Source of the DNA: Octopus vulgaris | Lineage: Eukaryota | Assembly: GCA_951406725.2 (NCBI GenBank) | Contig: OX597814.1 | Location: forward strand, 175,088,001-175,152,000 | Length of the DNA: 64,000 nt | Direction of reading: 5' to 3' | Shown: positions 1 to 11,990 of the stretch, one piece after another | How positions within the stretch are numbered: position 1 is the stretch's first letter | Layout: every line of letters starts with the position of its first letter | The notes under the pieces: generated by a model | Seen by the model: the letters and a program-made list of their open reading frames with translations, nothing else | What the model was told of the DNA's origin: nothing | Database searches by the model: none | Made by a program: the position numbers and the translations under genes

Positions 1-117
1 ACGATGGGCTTATTTCACTTCCGTCTACCAAATCCACTCACGAGGCTTGGGTTGGTCCAAGGCTATGATAGAAGACACTTTCCCAAGGTGCCATGCAGTG
101 GGACTGAACCTGGAACC
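1..117 (-). mobile_element. tRNA-derived SINE family A fragment
   Basis: gaagacact..cccaaggtgcca.gcagtgggactgaacc motif recurs at about 10380 (opposite strand), 37655, 41030, 55195 and 58222. Confidence 0.85.
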
Positions 118-129
118 TATTATATATAT

Positions 130-302
130 AAGTCATAAATGACAGAAAAATAGTTTGATGGAATTTTATTTAACAATAAGAAAATTCTAATGTAAGTAAT
201 TTATTATTAAATATAAAATTATTTACATATCTTTAAGTTACGAAACAAATTTTCTTATTGTTAAATGAAATTACATCAAACTGTTTCTGTCATTTATGAC
301 TT
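130..302. mobile_element. AT-rich hairpin / MITE-like element
   Basis: About 57-bp imperfect inverted arms AAGTCATAAATGACAGAAA...AATAAGAAAATT / AATTTTCTTATT...TCTGTCATTTATGACTT, next to a TA run. Confidence 0.75.
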
Positions 303-440
303 TATCATCTTCTTGTGTATCATACTATATATTCCATATATTTTGTAGTATGTTACATTAAGGTGCCTTTTTCTTTTTTTTTGTTACAAATGCTACTGGA
401 TTATTTGAGTCCATATGTTGTAATTTTATATATAAATATA

Positions 441-760
441 TGGCACTTGTGCCAGTAGCACGTAAAAAGCACCGAGTGTGGTCAGTGCCAGTGTTGCCAG
501 GTTGGCTCCCATGCCTGCGGCATGTAAAAAAACACCATTCGAGTGTGGTCAATGTCAGTATCGCTTGACTGGCCCCTGTGCTGCTGGCATGTAAAAAGCA
601 CCCACTATACTCTGAGTGGTTGGCGTTAGGAAGGGCATCAAGCTGTAGAAACATTGCCAGATCAGATTGGAGCCTGGTGCAGCCTCCTGGCTTGCCAGTC
701 CTCAGTCAAACTGTCCAACCCATGCCAGCATGGAAAGCTGACGTTAAACAATGATGATGA
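441..760 (+). mobile_element. RTE-3'-end-related SINE/LINE tail (family C)
   Basis: gtaaaaagcacc repeats, ggttggcgttaggaagggcatc.agctgtagaaac, ccaacccatgccagcatggaa..gacgttaaa and a (GAT)n tail. Confidence 0.85.
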
Positions 761-1194
761 ACCTTACAATCATGAATGCAACACACTAACCAGTAAGCCA
801 TGTGCCTCCATGTATATGTGTCTGTGTGTTAATAATGATCTCTACTAGCCTGTTTGAATTCAACAGATTATCTCCTGTTTATAAAAGTCTACTTTTATAA
901 TTGTGGAAGAAAATCTTCATTGGGCTACACTCAGTTCCTTACTAAAATATCATTCTGAATTGTAAAATCTGCTTTATAATCATAAACACATAAACCAATA
1001 CTCAATTGCTTATTCTTTATTCATTGCATTCAGTATCAAAGGATAATTCTGCTATCCATTAAGTTTTTTCTTTTTGTCCTATCATTCTTACTTTGCTAAT
1101 ATGGTTTTTATTTTTTATCCAACACTTTCTCATATTCTTAAGTATGGAAAGTATTTATTCTGATTCAAATCATCTTTATCACTTAACATATGTT

Positions 1195-2500
1195 TTCTAG
1201 GAAAGCATGGGTTGGATGGTTTGATAGGTGGCCAGCTCAAATTGTCTGTTTTAGTATGGTTTCTACAGCTGGATACCCTTCATAAAATCAACTGCATAAG
1301 AGTGTACTGGGTGCTTTTCCATGTGACACTGGCACAGGTGCCTTTCCATGTGGCACTGGCACAGGTGCTTTTCCATGTGACACTGGCATAGGTGCTTTTC
1401 CATGTGGCATTGGCATAGGTACTTTTCCATGTGGCATTGGCATAGGTGCTTTTCCATGTGGCACTGGCACAGGTGCTCCACAATGTAGCACTGGCACAGG
1501 TGCTTGTCCATGTGACACTGGCACAGGTGCTTGTCCATGTGACACTGGCACAGGTGCTTGTCCATGTGACACTGGCACAGGTGCTTGTCCATGTGGCACT
1601 AGCACAGATGCTTGTCCATGTGGCACTGGCACAGGTGCTTGTCCATGTGGGTGCTTTTCCATGTGGTACTAGCATGGGTGCTTGTCTATGTGGCACCGGT
1701 ATGGGTGCTTTTCCATGTGGTACCGGTATGGGTGCTTTTCCACATGGTACCAGCATCCATGAATTCACAAGACAAGGACCTTTCAGCTGACAGAGGGATA
1801 TGCTTGTATGTATAGATGGCTATGATTTTATTTAGCTTGATGTGTCTTTCTAAGTACAGCAAATTGCCAGAAGTCTTGGTCCGTTGTCATTTCCTCAGTG
1901 AGACCTAGCCTCTGAAGATCCTTCTCACTACTTCATCCTACATCTTCCTCGGTCTACCCATTCCATATGTGTGCACTACAATTAGATATTGGTACTTCTT
2001 TATGCATTTGTCCTCATCCATACACGTCACTTGACCATACCAGCACAGTCTTCTGTCTTGTGTACTACACCTGATGTCTCTTATACTCAATTTTTCTCTG
2101 AAATCATTTATGCTCTGTTGTACATGCACACTAACATTACCCATCCAGTGGAGTATGCTAGCTTCATTTCTTTCAAGTCTTCACATGTTCTCACAAGTCA
2201 TAACCCATCTCGCTACCTTGTAGCATAGCTTTTCGTACACAGGCATCATGTAATCAACCATTCACTCTGAGGGAGAAGCCTTTTGTTATCAACAAAAGTA
2301 GCAGCTCTGAGCTTTGCTCAACCTGTTTGTTTCTAGTAACTATGCTTCTGGAGCTTCCTCTGCCTAGGTAACGGAAACTGTCTACTATTTCTAAGGATCC
2401 TCCCAGACGTTTGAAAGAGTCTATTTTCTGCACATTCCTAGTATTTATTGTACCTGCACATCTGCTACACACAAAATCTACTTTCTCTGTTTTTTTCTTC
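1195..2500 (-). mobile_element. 5'-truncated, decayed RTE-clade LINE (ORF C-terminal part plus 3' region)
   Basis: Minus-strand peptides FVCSRC, LEIVDSFRYLG, KGFSLRV and RRLCWYGQV...GRPRK are typical of the RTE post-RT region. They run into a family C 3' end. Confidence 0.85.
1311..1755. repeat. 27-bp minisatellite, about 16 copies (gtgcttktccatgtgrcactggcacag)
   Basis: Directly visible periodicity. Explains the repetitive ORFs 1263-1790. Confidence 0.97.
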
Positions 2501-5500
2501 ACTTACCTCATTCTCACATCATATGAAATTATAATGATATATTAGTTGACATATCTTTGACAGAATGTTTTAAAATTTTCTATTTCATATATTTTTTTAT
2601 ACTGAGATGCTTATTAGGCTTTAAACATAGCTATTAATATATAGGTTTAGCAACATTATTTTGAAATCCAAGGCTGTCTATAAATACTCTTCAAATAGAT
2701 GACTATGTATTCATCCATTTCTGCACAGCCATACATTCTAGTCAGAAGTGGATCAAGAGTTAACAATATGTGTTTTGTAATAATTAGGGATCGCTTCTGA
2801 AATATATTACTCTAGTTAAATAGCCAAATTTCACATTGTAAAATATATTTATTTTGTACAAAATTTTAAGGTATGTTGACAGAGTTTTAGACTGTATAAA
2901 ATCAGGCCTCTACATTCAATCTGTCTGATGGTTGATCTTTTCCCCCCACCAAAATGATAAAATAATTACTAGAAATATAATAAAGGATTAGATTCAGGTG
3001 ATGATGTACATCTACTTAAAAATGAATCAGAATTAGTCCATAAATTTGTATGTCCTTTAATGATGTGTATGTGTATTTTTAATGATATATACATATTTGA
3101 GTGTATGTGTGTTTGATATACCATTCCTACATACAGTTGACTGTTTTCAACAAATAGCTTTTAACAGTTTTAGAAATATTTTCATCTGCATTGTTTTGTA
3201 AGGACATCCTTTCTATTATAGAATTTTGAGTAATAGCCAGAATGAATAAATTGTATACCTTATTAAAATTATGTGTGTGTATATTTGTGTTTATGCTTCC
3301 ACACCATTTAAAACTTGTGTTTATAAGCCTTTTTATGTCTAGTTTGACAAGTTGTGATTCATAAGATAACTACTAGACTGAAACAAGCACTAGGGTCACT
3401 ATGATTAACTAAAATGCTTTGAAAGTATGGTTACTGTTGAATGCCTGAAATCAGTAAAAATATGTATAGTACAAATTGTTTGACCACAATTTGTATCTCT
3501 GGTTTAAATATTTATTGCATCATAAGTAAGCTCAGCACATTTAGCTGATTTTAGGAAATATAGTAGTCTAGGAAATTCATGATTAGGGAAGTTTTTATTG
3601 GTTGCATCAATTTTATTTGAATATTTCTTTCTTCTAGATTGGTTTCTCTTGGTTGGTTGGTCTCTTGCAATGCATTTTCAAATTTGTGAAGAGGTAGTGC
3701 TCAGCTTAATTCTAGAATGTCTGCTTTGGGGTTCAAGCAAACTTGGTTTGTGATAGCTTTTTCCCTTTAGATTACATTCGTTTATCTCTGCTTTTTACAC
3801 ACACACACACACACATGTTAGTTACTGAATATAATCTAATGGACAAGTTTCAGTTTGTTTAAAAGGTCTTGGAATACCAAAATTCTGAGTTGTTGAAACA
3901 AATCGAAGCTTGACTATTGAGCTACACAAAAGGAATATATCTACTCTATACCATTGAGTACTCAGTTGAATATTAGTCTTACCAGTCATATATATATATA
4001 TGTATATGTGTGTGTGTGTGTTATTCAGTTACTAATGTCTATGTATGCCAACTCTATAGAATATTTAAAGAATGCACTGGAAAGACATTTTGCCAACAAA
4101 CCAATTATAAATATACAATCTCACACATACATGCATAAACACATACATAACTATTTAGGCTAAAGGCTATATTTTGGAAGAAATTACCATAATGGTAAGA
4201 GAGATTACTGAAAAGAAAGGAGATTTTAAATATTTAAGTAGCCAAGTTGAAAGCATTAAACTTTGAATAAAGTGGATGACAGATGTCAGCTAACCTTAAA
4301 CCTGTTTTTAAAAATATTTGTTTACAGTTGAAATATCCAAGTGTTAAACTTCAAAGGATATGAGGCATTATCCTGTTAACTTTTGAGTGTGTTCACATCG
4401 AATCCATTTCGTGTGAAAAGAACATTTTTCAATAAAATTTATAGGCTTTGTGGGTAGTGTGTGTGTATATATATATATATGTATATATATATTATTTTCC
4501 AATATTGTTTTGTTTTAATGTATTTACTGTGAAACCTTTTTGGACAAAAATTCACTAGCACTTTCCTATATGTTATGGTTTTTTTTTACCCCCTAACATC
4601 TAAGAGCATGTCTTTGAGTTTCTGTTTCTTTTATAATTTCATCCAACTTTTAATTGAATTTTGTTCCTTTAACTATAACTGGATAGATTTAGAATGGCTT
4701 AATTTAAATTTACATTTCTAAAATACATTCTACTATAATTATTGTGGAAATTCAAACTTTAAGCTAAATATTTTCCTTTATACAATTTCAATAGTTATTT
4801 CCTCTAAAATTTTACTAAACACAGTATGGTTAGTAGTATTATTACTTCCTACTAAATAATTATACTTTTGTTTGTGTGATGATGTTTCAGCACAAGCAGC
4901 CATGATAGCACAAATCTATTTACATATTTACAAGAAAAAGGTTGACAATTCAATAGCATGTGTGTATATATTTATGCATGTGTGTGTTTGCGAGTGCATA
5001 GATGTGTATATATGTACACACAGGGCTCATATACACATAAAACTGTACATAGGGAAAACAGATTTTTTTTTTTTCAAATTAAAAATTTAATAAAGATATT
5101 ACAAACTAATTATATACTGATGTACATTTTACATTTTCAAAATAAATTGAAATGTAAGCTGTAAGTTGTAGTTTCATAAACAAATACAAATAAAATAAGA
5201 ATATACTTAGAGTGCTTAACTTTTGCAACATAATAAAGTAACTTGATTTTTGTTCACTCTATCAACATCTCATCAGGACAAAATTTTAAACAAAAAGTTT
5301 TGAATACAAAACAATATTTCACAATTACTGAAATTTTAAGTGGAAAAAGTTTTTTTTTCCAAGTTTAAACTTTAAAGCAGTAAAGTTAAATTTTCAAGAT
5401 TCTCTAACAATTTTGCAAAATTTTAAAAGCAAGAAAGTTTAGTTCATCACGAATGAAAATAATGTTTAAAAATGTGTGAATGTTGTTTCTTACTTATTTG

Positions 5501-5606
5501 ATATTTTGTTGTCTGAAGCAGATAATGTGCAATTTTGTGGTCTGAATGTAACCTGTGTTACTTGTGAAATTTTTCTGCAATCCTAACAACCACCGTCCCT
5601 TTTCAG

Positions 5607-5648
5607 CAAAAACCACAGAAAGCTACTTTTCGATACTTCATAACATGG
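5607..5648 (+). CDS. Candidate 42-nt in-frame cassette exon (QKPQKATFRYFITW) in the large TRAPPC8 intron
   Basis: Branch-like CTAAC at 5583, ccgtcccttttcag acceptor, TGG|GTAAGT donor. Stop-free in phase 0, matching the host intron. Confidence 0.6.
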
Positions 5649-6911
5649 GTAAGTGCAACGAGTCTCCCCCGACGATGCTTCACCTGCTTCTTCTCATAAA
5701 ACCCATTGCATGTGTGTTTCCATGGATACCACTTTCGAGCACTTATTTCATGTTTCCTAAGCACAGGAATCTGGGATGGATTTTTGACATTTTCACTTAA
5801 ATATCTTTGAGAAAATGTAAATGAAAATGAAATCTTTCATTACATTTTTCCTTCTGACCTATATTTTAATGGGAACCATTGTGGAAAGTAGTGTGTTACC
5901 AAGGAAACTAATTGTTAAATGCTAGCTTTTTGTGCAGTTGTCATACTTCTCTCTAAAGTATTTTTATATGACTTATTAACCATGAACTTTAATCAACAAA
6001 TATTTGATTTAACAAATATTCTCTATAGCTTGTTGCATCAAAAGGTTATATGCCAATAATTGTGTGTTTTTCTACGTATTTTTTTGTGGGTAAATTCTAG
6101 TGAATTAAACAAACCTAAATCTGTTGAGACTGCTTTTTTTTTCTAACATTGATTAGGGAAATTGCATTGTTAACTCAAGATTTATTTGGTGTTTGATGTA
6201 TATTTGAAACTAAAATATGTTCTTTGCAAGATCAAGTAAACATAGTTCAATAATGCTTCTGATTCCAAGCTTATAAATTATCTATTGTAGCATTTTTGAT
6301 TAAACTGTGTTTAAGTTCTTTGGGCCAAAATTTACAAAACATGTTTAAACTTATGCTAGTAAGTTTTAACAACTTCTTCAGTAAAATGTTAAGTTTTTGT
6401 TTAAGAGATTATGGTTTGATAGCGGACGTTAAACAATGACAATGATGATGATATATAATTACATTTATAGCTCATTTACCAATATGACATAATGGTAGGA
6501 AAAGAAAGTGACTTATTGTTAAGAGAGAAAATAAGATTCTAATTCATGTATATCGAATAGTCATATAATTATGACAAGCAAAAAAATTTACAATTTTAAT
6601 GGTGAATGGGAAGCTTTCTTTTTCTTTTGTGAGTCTTACTACTTTCTTTCTCTGTCAAATGAAAGTTTAACTAAGACTAACATTCAGTGAGGTTATATTA
6701 CATGAAATTAAATTGTTATTGCTGTTTCTGATAAATGAAATAATTTATACCATATTATGACTTGATTCACTTCTAAAATGTAATACATGATACTTTAACT
6801 TTGTTATTGATGTTCAAAACTATGACCTTGGTTTTAATGAAAATTATATATATAAAAAAAAAATTCTGTTTATATAATTAATTTTTTGCATTTCTATTAT
6901 TTGTTTGTTCT

Positions 6912-7578
6912 GGCACTTTACATACTGAGTTCAATTTCTGCAAAGGCAAACTTGCCTTTCATCATCCCCAGGGTCACTAAAATAAGTCTAGTACTGGAAT
7001 CAATAGTATCAGCTAATCCTTTCCCCTCAAAAATTGATGGCCTTGTGTCAAAATAAGAAACAGTTATTTTTGTGAAGATGGCAGAAGATGGCTTTGTATA
7101 AAAAAAATGCCTTGCAATATTTGTTATGGCTCTTTACATTCTGAGTTCATATTCTGCTGAAATCAACTTTTCCTTTCACCTCGCCAAAATCAATAGGATA
7201 GAATTACCAGTGAAGTATTGTAATCAACTGCCCATACCCCATAAATTTCTAGCCTATGTTAGAAACAATTATTTGCTTGTTTGACTCCCTACATTCTGAG
7301 TTCAAATCATACCAAAGCTAACTTTGCCTTTTATCCCCCCAGGTTTGATAAAATAAGTTCTAGTCTAAGCACAGTGATGGTGATGGGCAAGTAGTAGAAA
7401 CAGTAAATGTTTTTACAGTATCTAGTTTTTTTTCTCTCTATTTTGAGTTTAAATTTTTAGAGTCAACTTTCATCTTCTCTGAAGTTGACCAAAGAAACAT
7501 CATTTATATTGTGAGGTCATTCAGTTGACTAAACCCCCTTCTCAACAAATTTATGGTCATGTGCCTATGTGAAAAATC
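6912..7578 (+). mobile_element. Tandem cluster of about 4 degenerate SINE family B copies
   Basis: Repeated tttacattctgagttcaaat...actttgcctttcatc...gataaaataagt...ccccaaaattt.tggccttgtgcc. Confidence 0.75.
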
Positions 7579-9639
7579 AGTTATTTTCTAGGCTCTAAAA
7601 CCTTGATTGCATTTTGTGTAACATGAAATGTATTTTGCTTTTAATCTATGTTAAACTTCTCCCTCTGATATATCTACATTTTTCTGAATATTCTGCTTTC
7701 ATTTTGTGTTGAAAATTGTTACTTTGTTCAGCATTGTAATATGGTGGAGTTAGACAATTAAAATGTTTCTAAATGCAAATTGTTAATCATTTAGGAGTAG
7801 CTACTAGGTGTATTTACATATACGTGAAAATTGTATATTCTGTTGTACATTTTATTCATGTTATTTTTCTAAACAAAATCCAAACAAAAATTACATTTTT
7901 CATTCTTTTTCTTTAAATGTTATAGTTTCTGTAGATATTCATATTGTCATTGAACATTTTCTATATGTAAAGTATTAAATTTTTTTTAATATTCATATAT
8001 TTCCTTTGCAAGTTAGTTATAATTAATATTACTCTATAAAACTTAATCTCTTTTTTTTTTCCTTTTAGATTTAGTGTTTATGAATAACTAATATTTACTT
8101 GATCAGCATGTTAGCTTTGTTTTCAGTAGGATTTAATTAATGATAGACTTTTTAGCAGGTTCGGCTGTTAAAGATAAAAATCCTTGACTCATAAATGCTC
8201 CAAACATAATATTCTAATTGTTTTGTCTAATTAACTTTTAGCTTTACCTAAATCTTTTTCTGTAGAATGTTAAAATAATTTTGAGACACATCACACTAAA
8301 TATAAAATCTTTTTTTTTTCAAGTTTAAATGATAGTGACACACAAATTTCAACCTCACTTGTATAGCTCTATAGATCAAAACTTGTGTTACCAAATTCCA
8401 AATTATTTTCTTAGAAATTCCTAAAGAGAACCTCTAGTACACTGAAACAGACTAACTTTATCTACTCACAGAACCAATCAACCCATTCATTTATCATACA
8501 TAGAATATTATAATAACTGCAGTAAACTGTAAAACAATGTGGAACTGGAGTCATGTCTAATTTCTTGCATTCTTTTAAATTTTAATGAAGTAGTGACTAA
8601 ACTAAATCCATGTCAGTTTCATTTCCTGTTACACTGCTAATATTCTTGTCACATTATCTTATTTCCTCTACATTTGAAACTTTTTTTCTAATAAAGAAAA
8701 CAGTAGTTTGGTGATTTATATAGTCCTCGCGAGTCATACTTGACATTGTTAAAAGATGTATAAAGCCTTCTGGGAATTATGCATGTTTTACTGTAACAAC
8801 ATGTTTCAGCAAGTTAAATGCACATGTTTGCAAGTTCAATGCTCTTATGATGGGGTTTATATGTTGACAGCATGTGTCTTACACTATGTACATCCTGCTT
8901 GGGACAACTTATGAAAATGAATATATGCATTATTTAAAATTATACAGCAAGTAATGTACTGAGCCCAAGTCAATTATACTATCCCCTTGCTTAAGGAAAA
9001 TCAATATTGTAAATTGAGGTGCTTGAGAACTGTTAAAAATGAGTACAAAACAGCTAAATATAAATGTACATACACACAGATACACATTTTATATCCATAT
9101 CAAGCCTTAAAAAACATACAAATATGCGTTTTGTTTTATTGAAAACATTTGTGAAAGTGGCATGAATGTGTTGTTTTATTTAATTTAAAGAGTAGGCGTA
9201 ATTTGATAGCCTTTGCATGTTTTCCTACTGGCGAGGTTGATGTGATTGATGTTGAGCTTGAACTTACATAAATGGATTGAGGAAGCTTCTGCAAAACAAG
9301 AATTTGGTCAGGTGTTTAATACAGATTTGGTTAGATGAGACAAGTATGGATGATGAAAAGAGGGAAATCAGGTGTATCAAAAGAGCATATGCAAGATATA
9401 ACTGTAAGTTCTGAGAAACTGAAACCATTACTGGAAGGTTTAAAGTGAGTGTGTGAAAATAGCAGACAGGCTGTAGTTTATTGGTGAGGAACAATTTAAG
9501 AATCGGTTAGATATTCCCACTTGCTCTAGATAACTAGTGCTTTTATATGTAGACAAGTTGTGCCTTATAGAGTCAGCAGATATTGGCAGTTGAACTAGTT
9601 TCTGGCCTAAAAGAGACCTGTTATTGCATTAATATATTT

Positions 9640-9782
9640 TTAAAACTGGCCGCATCCATCCTCTCACACTTATGCTACATCATTCTAAAACTAATCAAAT
9701 TGAAATATTGAAGCTATGCTAATTCAAAACAATGTGAATAAATAAGAATTACATTTGACATAATATCCTGCATGCTAAAGAG
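9640..9782. mobile_element. Partial copy of the same MITE family
   Basis: Shares catcattctaaaa...aattcaaaacaatgtgaataaataag...atgctaaagagtt with the other two copies. Confidence 0.65.
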
Positions 9783-9981
9783 TTAGATATCTTTTATACA
9801 TCATTAAGAATCAGTGATAATTAATACCCGACATATTTTCAAACTAGATCTATCAAACAATTTTCTTCACCCTATTTGTTCATGCTAACTTGGTCTTACA
9901 ATTGAAACTGTTTACTGTAATTGTAAAAGAATTATAATTATTTTCCTTCATGCATTTTATCAGAAAAACAATAGCTTTCGA

Positions 9982-10334
9982 ATGTATGCTATATATATAT
10001 ATATGTATGTAGGTGTGTGTGTAGCAAATGTATGTACATGGGTGCAGATATATGTATTATGTGTATATATGTGTGTATATATGCATGTACATGTGTATGT
10101 ATATATGTATGTATATATGCAGTACATGTGTATATATTATGTGTATGTGTGTATATAGGCATGTGTGTATAGATGCATGTGTGTGTATATGCATGTATGT
10201 ACATGCATGTGTGTATATGTACGTGTGTGTCTGTGGTGCAGGTGTATATACACATGTGCGCGCATGTGTATATATACATGTCTATACATATACATACGTA
10301 TGTGTGTGTGTGTATGTATGCATATGTGTATATA
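9982..10334. repeat. Compound (TA/TG/CA)n microsatellite
   Basis: Alternating purine-pyrimidine tract. Confidence 0.95.
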
Positions 10335-10660
10335 GGTGCAGGTGTGGCTGTGTGGTAAGAAGCTTGCTTCCCAACCACATGTTTCCAGGTTCAGTCCCAC
10401 TGCGTGGCACCTTGGGCCAATCAAAGCCTTGTGAGTGGATTTGGTAGATGGGAACTGTATATATTTGTGTGACTGTGTTTGTTCCTCCACCATCGCTTGA
10501 CAACCGATGTTGGTATGTTTACGCCCCTGAAAATTAGCAATTCAGCAAAAGGGGTTGATAGAATAAGTACCAGGCTTACAATGAATAAGTCCTGGGGTCG
10601 ATTTATTCAACCAAAGGTGGTACTCCAACATGGCCTCAGTCAAATGACTGAAATAAGAGT
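10335..10660 (+). mobile_element. SINE family A copy embedded in microsatellite
   Basis: A-box-like gtggctgtgtggtaag, B-box-like ggttcagtccc, body cttgacaaccgatgttgg...caaatgactgaaa. Confidence 0.85.
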
Positions 10661-11182
10661 ATGTATGCGTATGTGTATACATGTGTGTGTGTGTATGTAT
10701 GTGTGCATATGTATATTCATGCATGTGTGCGTCTATGTATGTGTGCATATGTGCATGTATGTGTACATTCATGTATGTATATGCACATGTATATATATGT
10801 ATATGCACGTGTATTTTTATATATATGTATATGCACAAATTTATATATGTATATGCACACACATATATATATGTATGTATATGCACACATGTATATATAT
10901 ATATATATATGTATATGCACACACGTGTATATATATATGTATATGCACACACGTGTATATATATGTATATGCACACACGTGTATATATATGTATATGCAC
11001 ACACGTGTATATATATGTATATGAACACACACATATATGCATGTATATGAACACACACATATATGCAAGTATATGAACACACACATATATGCCTGTATAT
11101 GAACACACATATATATGCCTGTATATGAACACATGTATATATACATATATATGCACACTTCTGCATATATATATGTATATGT
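10661..11182. repeat. Compound microsatellite with 26-bp higher-order units (atatatatgtatatgcacacacgtgt)
   Basis: gcacacacgtgt recurs at 10945, 10971 and 10997. Confidence 0.95.
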
Positions 11183-11447
11183 TTCTGTGTAATTTTAATT
11201 CATATCCTTTACGATTTATAAAAAAAAAAAAGCGTTTCCAATGGTAACACATTACTAATATCTGTATATATTCATCATTTCATATTTTAGTTTTAACTTT
11301 TTATTTATATTCATTTTTTCAATGTTTCCTTATTTATTGTTATTATTTTAACTTTCTGTTGATTTCTTCTTGTTTATTCTGTTCATTATTGCTTAATACT
11401 TTACAGCTTGAAATTCTTTACTTTTTTTTTTTTCATTTCAAACTCAG

Positions 11448-11675
11448 TGCCACTGCACCTTTTCATTGTTGTGTGCTTCAATGGTGGTGTACAGTGGTGC
11501 CAAAGTCTCTTAGTTCTCTAAACATTTTGCTTAACACTGGTGCATGTACATTTGGCCAAGCTCTACAAAGCTCTGATCACTGTGTATCAACAAGCACATG
11601 TGTTTACTTTTTGTTTCTGCTAATTACTGCAAAATTGCTGAAAATCTGCCAAATTTTCATATAAGCTTTTCTAAG
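11448..11675 (+). other. Candidate 228-nt poison (PTC-containing) cassette exon
   Basis: Long T tract + aaactcag acceptor, AAG|GTAAGC donor. In-frame TAG at 11511-11513. Confidence 0.4.
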
Positions 11676-11947
11676 GTAAGCTTGAAGTTAAAGTATCACT
11701 AAGTATCTTCGTCAATTTTTAATGCAAGCTTACTGTATATAAGAAAATATTGATCTCCCTCTTGTATTAGTGCAGCTATACTTGGTGGATTTGACACTAT
11801 TATTATCTTCTCTGCTTTCATTAAGTTCAGTCTTTAAAATAGGTATTCTGTCTCCCTAAATTATTTGTATTGCTGTGTATTCTTTGAGGTTTTTTTCTTA
11901 ATTTTATTTTCTCTCTCTTTTCATATGTAATGTGTCATTACATCCTA

Positions 11948-11948
<1 letters not shown>

Positions 11949-11988
<40 letters not shown>
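11949..11988. repeat. (TA)20 microsatellite
   Basis: Pure TA run. Confidence 0.95.

Positions 11989-11990
<2 letters not shown>

Noticed and set aside
1263-1815. Repetitive ORFs and a CRISPR-like look of the 27-bp repeats
   Set aside because: The units are contiguous with no unique spacers and no cas genes, in eukaryotic context. The ORFs are open on both strands only because the unit lacks stops.
5555-5800. Stand-alone 81-aa gene
   Set aside because: Non-ATG start and no recognisable homology. The splice signals define a 42-nt exon in a different frame.
9989-11252. Many overlapping Y/I/H/C/V-rich ORFs
   Set aside because: Translations of TA/TG/CA microsatellites and a SINE.
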